From positions 95,296,001 through 95,356,000 of the forward strand of contig NC_086107.1 of assembly GCF_963921235.1 (NCBI RefSeq): DNA of 60,000 bases. Reading direction: 5' to 3'. The stretch is from Mobula hypostoma (lineage: Eukaryota). Both the position numbers and the translations under genes were made by a program. Positions 1 to 12,320 of this stretch are shown piece after piece (position 1 is the stretch's first letter; each line of letters opens with the position of its first letter). Below the pieces are notes generated by a model, which worked only from the letters and a program-made list of their open reading frames with translations, was not told where the DNA came from and did no database searches.

Positions 1-165
1 GACACAGGGTGAAGCTCCTTCCGTACTATCCTATCACACACTCTCGGGGTCAGACACGGAGTGAATCTCCCTCCGCATTGTCCCACCACATATTCCTGGG
101 GTCAGACACAGGACAAATCTCTCTCCTCGTTGTCCCATCACACAATCCCGGGTTTAGATAGACAG
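1..165 (-). repeat. Degenerate copies of the 52-bp dispersed minisatellite, inverted
   Basis: Reverse complement of the GGGAGTGTGTGATGGGACGGTGTGGAGGGAGCTTCACTCTGTGTCTGACCC unit seen at 16.7-19.2 kb. Confidence 0.75.
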
Positions 166-261
166 CTGTTCGTGTGGAGGTGGGACAAAGCGAAAGAAAA
201 CCACTGGATAAAGTTATCTTGAAACATCGAGGGAGGTGTGGTAGGGGACTCCCAACCACCC

Positions 262-431
262 CAGTATCTGATGGCTAAGGTCTTAGAGCTGGCTAATAAC
301 ACAGCCCTCGACAGCAAGGAGAGGGGGATCATCCCTGCCACCTGCTGCTTGACTTCCGCAATGATGAGGAGCTCAACAAGTTGTGTGGTGTCACCATTGC
401 TCAGGGCAGGGTCCTGCCCAATTTCCAGGTC
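262..431 (+). pseudogene. Histone H2A pseudogene fragment, probably in a THOC6 intron
   Basis: [25 protein letters not shown], then a 1-nt frameshift near 337, then [30 protein letters not shown]. This matches H2[57 protein letters not shown]; the N-terminus is absent. Confidence 0.85.
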
Positions 432-1061
432 CACCCCACTCCCTCCATCTCCCCTCCCCTCTCCCCGTGTCTCTCCTCCCCCCTTGCCATCTCTTCTCCC
501 GTTTCTCCTTCACACGCTCTTCCCTCTGTCTCTCCTTCCCTACCACCTCAACCACTTGCTCACCAGTCTCTTCTGTTCTCTCCAACTCTCATGTTCACCA
601 TTTCTTTTGCCTTGCTTCCCCTTCATCCACCAGCAATGTTCCATCTTTTGCTACTAGCGCACAAAGGAATTTAAACGCGCACAAAAAGGTTGTCACCCTC
701 TTCCCCGTTGGCATGTTAAGTATATTTCATAATCATACACAATCACATTTCCTTTTCAGTTTCTGATGTGGACGGTGTTGACAAGGTGGAGTTTGTGATG
801 ATTGGCCTACAGATTTTAGAACTGGCTTACTTACGCTGTTCTTAATTGAAGAAATTATTCACTGCGCACATATTATTGTTACTGGTCAAAAAATTGTACA
901 GCGTAAGATTTTTGTGCACACTGGTCATTACAAATTAGAGGGAACATTGTCCACCATGGTTGCTGGGACACCCCTCTTGCACTTTCCCTCCCACGAGACA
1001 GACCTTAGTAATACATCTTCCTCCTCCTCACACTCTCTCTCTCTCTCCCTCTTCCCTCCAG

Positions 1062-1133
1062 GACAACAGTCTGCTAATGGCCTGTGGTGACAACACTGTC
1101 CATATCATGGACCTGGAGCACGGGACCTTCACG
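1062..1133 (+). CDS. THOC6: THOC6 internal exon (72 nt)
   Basis: cag|GAC...ACG|gtgagt; [24 protein letters not shown]. Confidence 0.93.
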
Positions 1134-4100
1134 GTGAGTCTCCCCCAGGGCCAGACCCTCCCTGTGGGTGTGCACTGAGAGTGGGGACAGTGCTGGGGGA
1201 CCCACCCGCTCTCTGGCCGATCCAGCTGTGGAGGGGGGGGCAGCATCATTCCTCACGTCCAAGCCAGCACTCCGGTCCCATAATACCAGAAGGCATAAGA
1301 GCCTCTTCACCCCATTCTCCTGCCTTCTCCCTGTAACCTTTGCCATCCTTACTAGTCAAAAGCCTATAAAATCTCCACTGTAAATATATCCAATGACCAT
1401 GGCAATGAGGCACACATTTCACCTCCCTCTGGCTGAAGAAATTCCTCCAAACCCAGTGAGATAATGCCATCAGAAACAAGGGACCACAGTGCACACACAC
1501 AGGTGAATGGCACAGGTGGTGAGGCAGCAGAGACACTGAACAGTACAGTACAGCACAGTGTACACCCTTCTGCCCCGCGATGTGCTGTGCCTACTCCACC
1601 ATCAATTGTAAAATTGTACAAGGCATTGGTAAGGCCAAATTTGGAGTATTGTGTACAGTTCTGGTCACCATAGGAAAGATGTCAACAAAATAGAGAGAGT
1701 ACAGAGAAGATTTACTAGAATGTTACCTAGGATTTCAGCACCTAAGTTACAGAGAAAGGTTGAACAAGTTGGGTCTTTATTCATTGGAGTGTAGAAGGTT
1801 GAGGGGGGACTTGATAGAGGTATTTAAAATTATGAGGGGGATAGATAGAGTTGACGTGGATAGGCTTTTTCCATTGAGTAGGGGAGATTCAAACAAGAGG
1901 ACATGAGTTGAGAGTTAGAGGGCAAAAGTTTAGGGGTAACATGAGGGGGAACTTCTTTTCTCAGAGAGTGGTAGCTGTGTGGGACGAGCTTCCAGCAGAA
2001 GTGGTTGAGGCAGGTTCGATGTTGTCATTTAAAGTTAAGTTGGATAGATATATGGACAGGAAAGGAATGGAGGGTTATGGGCTAAGTGCAGGTTGGTGGG
2101 ACTAGGTGAGAGTAAGCGTTCGGCACAGACTAGAAGGGCTGAGATGGCCTGTTTCCGTACTGTAATTGTTATATGGTTATATAATCTAGAATCACAGGAC
2201 ACTAAAGCACAGAAACTGGCCCTATGGCCCTTCTCCCACAAGGTCCATACTTATGCTTAGCTATGTTTATATGAAATCTTAAGGATTTGTGATCACCTTT
2301 CTCCACTGGAATGCCAGTCACCTTGCCAGGCTCATTACCCAACACCAGGTCCAGTACAGCTGCTCCTCTTGGACTATTTACGTACTGGTTTAGGAAACTC
2401 TCTTAGAGGCACCTAACAAATTCTGCCCCGTCTAAAATAGTTTGTATTCGGGAAGTTGAAGCCACTCATTTCAGCAACCACATTGTTTTCCCAAACCTGC
2501 CTGTATATCTGTTCCTCAGTGTCCCAGAGGGTACTGGGGCTTCTCTAGTACAATCCAGTCAGAGTGATTGCACCTTTCTTATTTTTGAGTTCCGCCCATA
2601 TGGACTCAGTGGATGAGCCCTCCACTGTGTTCCCTCTGAGTGATATGGTCCCTGATTAATAGCACAATTTCACCCGTCTTCTTTTACCTGCTTCTCTATA
2701 CTTTCCGAAGCATTGAAACCCCAGAACATTAAGCACCCATTCCTGTTCCTGCCCCAACCAGGTCTCTGTAATGACCGCAACATCATAGTTTCACGTACTG
2801 ACTAAAATGATAGCCAAAAGCAAATTGTACAGGGGATGTGGAGAGTCTGTAGAGAGATATAGATAGGTTAAGTGAGTGGGCAAGGGTCTGGCAGATGGTA
2901 AATGTAGGATCATCCACTGGGTCTATAGACGATCAGATGATTATTTAGATGATGAAAGACTGCAGCATGCTGTTGTGCAGAGGGTCTTGGGAGTGCCTGT
3001 GCATGAATCACAAAATTTTGGTTTGCTGGTGCAACAGATTATCAAGAAAGCCAATGCAACGTTGGTCTTCATTGCTTGAGGGATTCAATTTAAGATCAGG
3101 GAGGTTATGTTGCAACTGTACAGGGTACTGGTGAGGCCGCGCCCGGAGTACTGTGTGCAGTTTCTTGTCTCCTTACTTGAGGAAAAATGTACTGGCAGTG
3201 CAGAGGAGGTTCACCGGGTTGATTTTGGAGATGAGGGGATTAACCTGAAGAGAGATTGAGTTATCTGGGATTATACTCACTGGAATTCAGAATGAGAGGG
3301 GATCTCATAGAAACATAAAATTATGAAAGAGATAGACAAGATAGAGGCAGGAAAGTTGTTTCCACTGGCAGGTGAGACTAGAAATAGGGGACAGAGCATC
3401 ACGCTTCAGGGGAATAGATTTATGACAGAGAAGAGAATGAACTGCTTTTCCTAAAGAGTAGTGAACCTATGGAATTCTCTACAGGGAGGCAGTAGGAGCT
3501 GCCTCATTAAATATACTCAAGACACAGTTAGATAGATTTTTGTGTAGCAGGGGAACTAAGGATTGTGGGGAAGGGCAGGTAGGTGAAGTCGAGTCCACAG
3601 CCAGATCAGCCGTGATCTTACTGAATGGTGGAGCAGGCTTGGTAGGCCAGATGACTGGCTCCTGTTCCGATTTCTAATGTACTGATCTAGGCTCTGAGTT
3701 CATCACTTTTATCCAAGACACTCCTAGGGTTAAAATACACACACTTCAACCCATCTGTCCCATCGTGTCAATTACTTGCTGCTTCTCACTGGTGATGGCA
3801 TTAACAGACTAGAACTAGTCCCAATTTGTACCCCCATTTGAAGCTGCCTTTCGGGCTTCAGTGTATGTGACCTTCTTAGTGCCCTGACCAGTTCTCCATC
3901 TCCCCGTAGCGCACACTGAAGGGACACAGCGACTACGTACACTGCCTGACCCTGAGAGACCCCAACGAGTGCATCTCCGGCAGCGAGGATGGTTCAGTGA
4001 GACTGTGGGGTGAGTGGGTCCCCAGTGTGGGGTGGTGGGGGGAGGTAGAGGTGGGCTTGGTTCAATGGCTTCTGCATGCTCACTTGCAGACAGAGAGAAC

Positions 4101-7100
4101 ACTTGGAAATCTGGGAGTGAATAAGAAGGGGTGGGTCCCATTGGGAGTGAATGGGAAGGGGTGGGTCCAAATGGGAGTGTGGAAGGTGGAGTGAATGGGA
4201 AGGGGTGGGTCCCATTGGGAGTGTAGGTGGTGGGAATGAATGGGAAGTGGAGGGTTCCCTTTGGGAGTGTGGGTGGTAGGAATGAATGGAATGGGGCCAC
4301 TCTCTACCCCGACCCAGCCTCCTCTCTCCTACCGCCCTGCAGATTTACGGATTGCCAGCCAGGTGCAGATGATCGAGCCTCACAAGTACGAGGTAGGTGG
4401 ACCCTAAGGAGGAAGTCCCTTGACACTCCCCTCCCATAACTTCCTCTCATCCATTTTTTTTATGTTTCCCTCCTCCCTCCTCCTCTCAACTCTCTCCTTT
4501 ATTCCTCCCCTCACCCATCCCCTCCTCCTTCCCTCTATTGTTCCATCCCTCCATCATTCCCTCCCCTCACCCTTTCCTCACTCCCCCCACAACCCCACCC
4601 CACCATCCTGCAGTGAGACGGCAGTAACAGGGCCTGTCCCCGTCTCCCAGCAGTGCTCCAGACCCCAGTATGGCAAGTGGATCGGCTGCCTGACCACCAC
4701 CGACTCCGACTGGATGGTGAGTGATCTCCTGCGTCACCTCTCACTGTGGGGGGGGGGATGGGCCAGGGCCGGGGAGGAGGGGGATCTGCCCAGGGAGGGA
4801 GGGAGGTAGGGGATGGGCCGAGGCGGAGAGGAGGGGGGTCTGCCCAGGGAGGGAGGGAGGGATGGGGAGGGAGGTAGGGGATTGGCCGGGGCGGGAAGGA
4901 AGGCGATTTACCCAAGGAGGGAGGTAGGGATGGGGAGGGAGGTAGGGGATTGGCTGGGGCGGGGAGGAAGGCGATTTACCCAGGGAGGGAGGTAGGGGAT
5001 TGGCCGGGGCGGGGAGGAAGGCGATTTACCCAAGGAGGGAGGTAGGGATGGGGAGGGAGGTAGGGGATTGGCCAGGGCGGGGAGGAAGGCGATTTACACA
5101 GGGAGGGAGGTAGGGGATTGGCCGGGGCTGGGGAGGAGGAAGGGAAGAGGGCTGGCAACAAGGGGTGATGGGCTGGGTGATGCTGCTGAGATGTTCCAGT
5201 GCAATCTGTGTGTTAATGGACGAATTGTACTGTCTGTCCCCCTCTCAGGTGTGTGGGGGTGGGCCGGCACTGACACTGTGGCACCTCCGCTCCGTAACGC
5301 CAACCACAGTGTACCAGCTGCAGGGATGCCAGCAGCAAGTCACCCTGCACCAGGACTTGGTATGGCCAGTGGTGGGGGACTGAGGGGAGGGAAGGGTGAT
5401 GAGGGAAAGGGAGTGAGGGGAAGGGAGAGTGATAAGGAAAGGGAGGGTAATGAGGGAAGGGGGTGATGAGGGAAGGGAGTGAGGGTGATGGTGAAAGGGA
5501 GTGAGGGGAAGGGAGGGTGATGAGGGAAGGGAGTGAGGGGAAGGGAGGGTGATGAGGAAAGGGAGGGTGATGAGGGAAGGGAGGGTGATGAGGGAAGTGT
5601 GAGGGGAAGGGAGGTGATGAAAGGAAGTGAGGGGGAGGGAGGTAGTGAGGGGAAGGGAGGTGATGGGGAGAAAGCGAGTGAGTGGGCAGAAGGAAGAGGA
5701 GTGGAATGAAGAGAAAGTGGGGGGAAGATAGAGTGAAGGAGAGGAGGGAAGGGAGTGAGTGAGGAGGATGGAGTTAGACAAGAGTGGTGTGAGAAGGGAG
5801 TGGGGGAGGAGGGTCAGGTGGGGGGTTGAGAGGGAATGAGAAGGTCTGGAGGTAGGGGAGGGAGTGAGGTGATGCTGGGTGGTCAAACAGGTCATGAGGA
5901 CAACTGACACTCTCCCTGTGTTCTAGATCCTGGCAGCGGGGGAAGGAGGTCTCATCAGCCACTGTCAGATCACCGGGGAGGTGAAGAGCCAGGTGCCCTG
6001 CACTCCCCCCACCGTCTACTCCCTGTTGGTCAACGAGCAGTCCCTTGAGCACAAGGTGAGGGAGCACCACCACGGGACTGTGGGGGAAGGGGGAACAGTG
6101 TGCCCGTCACCTGGTCCTGGGGGTGGGAGAAGGGAAGGAGTGTCACTGTGACCCGGGATGGGAATGTTGCGACACTGTGTCCCGGTGAGGGATGAGGGAT
6201 GGGGCTGTGTAGGGCGTGTAGTCACTGTGACCCGGGGGTGGGAACGTTGTGATGCTGTGTCCCAGTAGGGGGTGGGGCTGTATAGGGCGTGTAGTCACCG
6301 TGACCCGGGGGTGGGAATGTTGCGACGCTGTGTCCCGGTAGGGGATGGGGCTGTGTAGGGGATGTAGTCACTGTGACCCGGGGTGGGAATGTTGTGACGC
6401 TGTGTCCCGGTAGGGGATGGGGCTGTGCAGGGGATGTAGTCACTGTGACCCGGGGTGGGAATGTTGTGACGCTGTGTCCCGGTAGGGGATGGGGCTGTGC
6501 AGGGGATGTAGTCACTGTGACCCGGGGGTGGGAATGTTGCGACGCTGTGTCCCGGTGAGGGATGGGGCTGTGCGGGGGATGTAGTCACCGTGACCCGGGG
6601 GTGGGAACGATGTGACGCTGTATCCCGGTGAGGAATGGGGCTGTGTAGGGGATGTAGTCACTGTGACCCGGGGTGGGAATGTTGCGACGCTGTGACCCGG
6701 TAGGGGATGTAGTCACTGTGACCCGGTAGGGGATGTAGTCACTGTGACCCGGGGGTGGGAACAATGTGATGCTGTGTCCCGGTAGGGGATGGGGCTGTGT
6801 AGGGGATGTAGTCACTGTGACCCGTGGGTGGGAATGTTGCGACGCTGTGTCCCGGTAGGGGATGGGGCTGTGTAGGGGATGTAGTCACTGTGACCCGGGG
6901 TGGGAACATTGCGACGCTGTGTCCCGGTGAGGGATGGGGCTGTGCGGGGGATGTAGTCACTGTGACCCGGGGGTGGGAATGTTGCGACGCTGTGTCCCGG
7001 TGAGGGATGGGGCTGTGCGGGGGATGTAGTCACTGTGACCTGGGGGTGGGAACGTTGTGACACTGTCCCGGTAGGGCAGAGGTCCCCAACCTTTTTTGCA

Positions 7101-8497
7101 CTGCGGACCGGTTTAATATTGACAATATTCTTGCGGACCGGTCGACGGGGGGGGAGGGGTAGGGTTGCCAATGGACAAGAGTACCAGTCAAATACGTTGT
7201 GTTTACCCAGAGAAAGACTACGATGACCATGAAGCCTTGCGCGGGCACCAGTGGGCATGCGTGTGTCTCCCAATTTATTTTTCCCTGCAAATTGTTTTGC
7301 GATTCTGTTCGGGGGAGGCGGTGTTAATCACGACCAAATATAGCTGATAAGTGGCTAATACACTCAGTTTCGTTTCTAGAAGGGCTTATCTAACGAATTT
7401 AATATTAAACACACAACGCATATTTTCCTCGCATGAATATAGTGATAAGTCAATTATCAGGGGAGCTTGAAGTAAGTGTTGAATGAACTTCCAGTAGAAG
7501 TGGTAGAGGCAGGTTCGATATTATCATTTAAAGAAAAATTGGGTAGGTATATACACAGGAAAGGAATGGAAGGTTATGGGCTGAGTGCAGGTCGGTGGGA
7601 CGAGGTGAGAGTAGCGTTCGGCACGGACGAGAAGGGCTGAGATGGCCTGTTTCCGTGCTGTAATTGTTATATGGTTATATAAGTAAGTCAATAGCATAAT
7701 AACATTTTAAGTAACGTTTGGATATTAAACACACAGCACATATTTTCCCCATATGAACATATAAAATCATTGCAACACACCAATATCACTGAATCAGTGG
7801 GAGCCCTGGACTTGTTTCCCTGCAACAAGACGGTGCCATCGAGGGGTGATGGGAGACAGCGATACTCGAAGGGGGTTCCGTATGTCCAGTCTATTCCGCA
7901 ATTTAGTTTTCGTTGCATTCATTGCAGAAAACTCCGCTTCGCAGAAATATGTTGGAAGCAACGTTTTCAGTGCTTTCGTGGCTATCTCAGGATATTTAGC
8001 CTTGACTTTGATCCAGAATGCCGGCAGAGACGTTATGTCAAACATACTTTTCAGCCTGCCGTCATTTGCAAGCTCGAGGAGTTAATCTCCTTCCCACGCT
8101 GACATGGATGACGCGTGGGTAATGGCCTCGCGTGCGTTCAAGCTCAACAGTGGGCGTGACGGAATGAGGAAAGGTGCAGCTGACTCATATCGCCAAATCA
8201 TATCGTTTCCTCATGGCCCGGTAGTGTATGCTTTGCGGCCCGGTGGTTGGGGACCGCTGCGGTAGTGGGTGTAGTCACTGTGACCCGGGGGGTGGGAATG
8301 TTGTGACGCTGTGTCCCGGTTGGCGATGGGGCTGTGTAGGGGACGTAGCTCTGTCCTGGGGGTGCTGAGAGTTGGGGACAGTTTGTCACTGTGTCTTGCT
8401 CTCACCCCCACAGGTCCTGGCTGCTGCTGGTAGCAGCAGTTCCATCGACATCTTCACCAACTTCGGATACCGTGCCTTCTCGCTGAGGTTCTCCTGA
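1062..8497 (+). CDS. THOC6: THO complex subunit 6 (WD40), 3' part; join(1062-1133,3910-4009,4343-4392,4651-4716,5249-5359,5927-6055,8414-8497); 5' exons lie upstream of the window
   Basis: Spliced translation [111 protein letters not shown]...[12 protein letters not shown]...[30 protein letters not shown] follows the vertebrate THOC6 C-terminal half. All introns are GT-AG with consistent phases. Confidence 0.95.
1605..2182 (+). mobile_element. CR1-type LINE, 3' fragment
   Basis: [19 protein letters not shown] and [13 protein letters not shown]...FKVKLDRYM, typical of the CR1 ORF2 C-terminus, followed by the 3' tail. Confidence 0.85.
2810..3685 (+). mobile_element. CR1-type LINE, degenerate 3' fragment
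   Basis: [29 protein letters not shown] and a 3' UTR of the CAGATCAGCCGTGATCTTACTGAATGGTGGAGCAGGCT type. Confidence 0.8.
3910..4009 (+). CDS. THOC6: THOC6 internal exon (100 nt)
   Basis: tag|CGC...TGG G|gtgagt; WD40 repeat GH...[11 protein letters not shown]. Confidence 0.93.
4343..4392 (+). CDS. THOC6: THOC6 internal exon (50 nt)
   Basis: cag|AT TTA CGG...GAG|gtagg; (D)[16 protein letters not shown]. Confidence 0.9.
4651..4716 (+). CDS. THOC6: THOC6 internal exon (66 nt)
   Basis: cag|CAG TGC...ATG|gtgagt; [22 protein letters not shown]. Confidence 0.93.
4790..5130. repeat. G-rich minisatellite in a THOC6 intron
   Basis: Recurrent GGGAGGGAGGTAGGGGATTGGCCGGGGCGGGGAGGAAGGCGATTTACCCA units. 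Confidence 0.85.
5249..5359 (+). CDS. THOC6: THOC6 internal exon (111 nt)
   Basis: cag|GTG...TTG|gtatgg; [15 protein letters not shown] motif. Confidence 0.94.
5380..5670. repeat. Purine-rich low-complexity tandem repeat
   Basis: (GGGTGATGAGGGAAGGGA)n variants. Confidence 0.8.
5927..6055 (+). CDS. THOC6: THOC6 internal exon (129 nt)
   Basis: tag|ATC...AAG|gtgagg; [24 protein letters not shown]. Confidence 0.92.
6140..7076. repeat. 72-73 bp minisatellite, about 13 units, resuming at 8260-8345 after a transposon insertion
   Basis: Unit GTCACTGTGACCCGGGGTGGGAATGTTGTGACGCTGTGTCCCGGTAGGGGATGGGGCTGTGCAGGGGATGTA; starts at 6367 and 6439 are 72 nt apart. Confidence 0.92.
7077..8259 (-). mobile_element. 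Non-autonomous hAT (Charlie/Buster-type) DNA transposon with a nested CR1 fragment
   Basis: TIRs CAGAGGTCCCCAACC (7077) and GGTTGGGGACCGCTG (to 8259). The 8-bp TSD CGGTAGGG/CGGTAGTG has a central TA. Minus ORF 7794-8045 ([31 protein letters not shown]...KTKLRNRLD) is a hAT C-terminal dimerisation domain. Confidence 0.9.
7462..7683 (+). mobile_element. CR1 3' end nested in the hAT element
   Basis: Closely similar to the CR1 3' end at about 1985-2182 (CTTCCAG.AGAAGTGG...GTAATTGTTATATGGTTATAT). Confidence 0.85.
8414..8497 (+). CDS. THOC6: THOC6 terminal coding exon
   Basis: cag|GTC...TGA; ends [14 protein letters not shown]. Confidence 0.94.
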   Translation, partial: VLAAAGSSSSIDIFTNFGYRAFSLRFS

Positions 8498-8924
8498 CCT
8501 GTGGTGGGGGGGGGGGGCTGTGTGCCGGCTCGGATCCTGGCTCCCTCCCTCTCCTGCCCATTCTCCGGGATCTGCCTTGGGCTACAGAGATCCTCTCCAG
8601 CCCCTCCCTCCCCTGCGGGACGGCTGAACCGGTCCCATCACCCTCCCAAGGGAACAGAGCTGCGGGAATGCCCTCTCTTCTAGGACCATTCTCCAAATTT
8701 CCCCTTTGTTCAAGGAGTGTGAGGAGTGTCCTCAGGATCGGGAGTCTCCCCCTCCCAGTTCTCCATCCACAGTCTCGCACTCAGGGAATCCCGTGGATGG
8801 GAATCTCTGATCCTGAGGGGTGGGAATCTCCCTTTCCTGGATCCCACACAGACTGGAATCTCCCTCTCCCAGATGCCAAGGTGAGGGCACTACGGAACTG
8901 TATGCTTGAGCTCTCCAGTCTGGG

Positions 8925-8930
8925 AATAAA
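8925..8930 (+). terminator. Probable THOC6 polyadenylation signal
   Basis: First AATAAA downstream of the THOC6 stop, about 430 nt after it. Confidence 0.6.
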
Positions 8931-11900
8931 AGTGACAATTTCTCTCAGCACCGTCGTGTCTCTGAGTTCAGTCACTATCAGGACAATCCCACAACCATGG
9001 CGGCAGCGGGGGGAGGAGGGAGAGATGAACAGAGACCAATCGATGATCAGAAGCGTGAGAAGACGTAGCTCACTCAGGTTTGCCAATTACATAAGGCATT
9101 GATTCACGGCAGTTCGGTTTTTGAACAGTGGCCAATCCGCAATCAGGATTGATTGGCAAGAGCAATTGAAAATAAAGCAGGAGCAAGTGAAGTGGCCTTT
9201 GTCGGAGTGGACAGTGTGAGAGTGGTTATTTGTGGCTTTAGCTCTTTTAAGCTTCAATGCAGAAAGGCTCGTGGGAGGAAGTGAAAAAGCTGTTAGTAGA
9301 ATTTTTTTCAGTTTATTTATTGTTTCCTTCTTTATATTTGCACAATTAGATCAGTAGAGTGCCAGCCAGGATAGTGGAATGCTCCTCTTGCAGGATGCGG
9401 GAAGACAGGAAGACCTTCAGTGTTCCTGACAACTCTTACCTGCAAGAAGTGCGTCCAGCTGTAGCTTCTAACAATCTGTGTTAAGTAGTTAGAGTTGGAA
9501 CTCAATGAACTTCAGATCATTTGGGAGGCTGAGGGGATGATAGATAGGACGTGGAGAGAGAGGTAGTTAAACCCAAGGTGCAGGACACGCAAGACTGGGT
9601 GGCTGTCAGGAAGGAGAAAGGGGTTAAACAGCCAGTGCAGAGTGGCCATCCCCCCTCAATAACAGGTGTACCACTTTGTATACTGTTGTAGGGGGAATGA
9701 CCTAGTGGAGGAAAATCACAGTGGTCAGGTCTCTGGCACTGAGTCTGACCCTGTGACTCAGATAGGAAGGGGGGAGAAGAGGCAAGTTGTGGTGATAGGG
9801 GATTCATTAGTTAGGGGAACAAAGGGGCTTCTGTGGACGAGTATGAGATTCCTCCCGACTGCCAGAGTCCGGGTCTTAGGTCATGTCCCCAGCATTCTTA
9901 AGTAAGAGGGTGAACACCCAGAGGTCGTGGTCCATGTAGGTACCAATGACTGAGGTAGAAAGAGTGACGAGGTTCTGCAAAGTGAGTTGAGAGAGTTAGG
10001 TGCTAAGTTAAAGGACAGGACCTCCAGAGTTATGATCTCAAGATTGTTACCTATGCCATGTGCTAATGAGGCCAGAAATAGGAAGATTATACAGTTTAAC
10101 ACGTGGCTAAGGAGGAGGGAGGACTTTCGATTCTTGGATCATTGGGCTCTCTTCCAGGCAAGGTGGGACCTGCACAGAAGCGCTGAAGAGATGGTTTGCA
10201 CCTGGACTGGAGGGGGACTAGCATCCTATTGGGAAGGGTTGCTACTGCTGCACGGTGGGGAGTGGGGAGGGAGAGGGGTGTTTATACTGGAGTTGCAGAG
10301 GATGGGATCCAGAGTGCTAGAACGGATAGTGGAGAGTTTGTGGAGGCGGATTTTGTTAAGACCTCAGGAATTAAAAGGCTGAGCACAGAGGGACTAAGGT
10401 CAAGATGTGTATATTTCAATGCAGGAAGCATTGTAGGAAAGGCGGATGAGCTCAGGGCCTGGATCGACACATGCATTTATGATATTGTAGCCATTAGTGA
10501 CACTTGGTTGCAGGAGGAGCGGGACTGGCAGCGTGGAGTTGAGTTGTTTTTGACGCGACAGAGCAAGGGGGTGGCATTACTAGTCGGAAAATGTCATGAC
10601 AGTGCCCTGTCAGGAGAGACTGGAGAAGTCATCTAGTGAGGCTTTATGAGGAACTGAGGAATAAGAAAGGTATAACCACATTAATGGGGCTATATTATAG
10701 TCTGTAGGATTTAGGGAAAGAAATCTGTAGAGATTGCAGACTGTTGTAAGAAACATAAAGTTATTATAGTTGCTATTTTTAACTTTCCACATATTGACTG
10801 GGACTCCCATGCTGTAAAAGGACTAGATGAGATAGTTTGTCAATGTGTTCGGGAAAGTTTCCTTAATCAGTATGCAGAAGTCCCAATTAGGGAGAGTGTG
10901 GTACAGTACTAGGTCTCCTATTAATTAGGGCAGGTGACAGAGGCTTGTGTACGGGAACACTTTGCGTCTAGTGATCGCGTTGCGTTTAGTTTCAAAGTAG
11001 ATATGCAAAAAGATAGGTCTGGTCTGCAGGTTGAGATTGTAAATTGGAGGAAGGCCAATTTTGATGGTATCAGGCATCAGGCAGTATGGATTGGGACAGG
11101 CTGTTTTCTGGCAAATGGGAAATTTTGAGAGTACAAAGCTTGTATGTGCATGTCAAAATAAAAGTTAAATATAACAGGGATAACAGGGAACCTTGGATTT
11201 CAAGAGATGTTGAGGCCCTGGTGAAGAAACAGAAGGAGGTGGAGAGCAGGTATAGGTAGGTAGGAACGAATGAGGTGCTTAATGGAGTATAATAAATGCA
11301 AGGGAACACTAAAGAAACAAATCAGGAGGGCTAATAGAAGGCATGAGGGTGCCCTACTGAGAAGGTAAAGGAGGGACTCTACAGATACGTTAAGAGCAAA
11401 AGGACTGCAAGGGACAAAATTGGTCCTCGGGAATTCCAGAATGGTGATCTATGTGCAGAGCCAAAGAGGTGGGGGAGATCTTTAATGGATTTTTATTGCA
11501 TCTGTGTTTACTCGGGAGACGACACAGGGTCTATAGAAGTGAGGTCATGGGCCTTATACAGATTACAGAGGACGAGGTGTTTGCTGTCTTGGGGCAAATT
11601 ATGGTGGTTAAATCCCTAGGGCCTGACAAGGTGTTCTCTCAGACCCTGTGAGAGGCAAGTGCAGAAACACCTGGGCCCTAGCAGAGATATTTAAATCATC
11701 TTTCGTGACATATGAGGTACTGGAGGATCATAGGCTAGCTAATGTTGTTCTGCTGTTTAAGAAAGGCTCTAAAAATAAACCAGGAAATTATAGGGCAGTG
11801 AGCCTGACATCGGTAGTGGGAAAGTTCTTGGAAGGTATTCTAAGGGATCGGATATGAGTATTTGGATAGACATGGACTGATTTGGGATGGTCAGTTTGGC

Positions 11901-12320
11901 TTTGTGCGTGTTAGGTTGTGTCTAACCAATCTTGAGTTTTTCAAGGAAGTTACCAAGAAAGTGGATTATTGAGAGGCAGTGGGTATTGTCTAATTAACAT
12001 TCACCACACATTTGACAGGCTCCCGCATGGAAGGTTCCATAGCTTGGCATTCAAGACGAGGTAGTAAATTGGATTAGACATTGAGTTTGTGCAGAAGCCA
12101 GAGGGGTTACCTCTCGGACTGGAGGCCTGTGACCAGAGGAGTGTGGCGGGGATCGGTGCTGGGTCTGCATCTATATCAACGATTTAGATGATAATGTGGT
12201 TCACTGGATCAACAAATTTGCAGATGACACCAGGACTGGGGGTGTAGTGGGCAGCGAGGAAGACTATTAAAGCTTGCAGCGGGATCTGGACCAGCTGGAG
12301 AAACGGGCTGAAAGATGGCA

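Noticed and set aside
138..434. 98-aa minus-strand ORF
   Set aside because: It is the antisense shadow of the H2A pseudogene fragment.
4648..4653. NAGNAG tandem acceptor in THOC6 (also CAGGAG at HCFC1R1 exon 2)
   Set aside because: A common motif that changes at most one residue; there is no evidence of use from sequence alone.
7794..8045. Domesticated transposase gene (ZBED/SCAND3-like)
   Set aside because: Only the C-terminal fragment is present, between intact TIRs and a TSD, so it is a deletion-derivative transposon.
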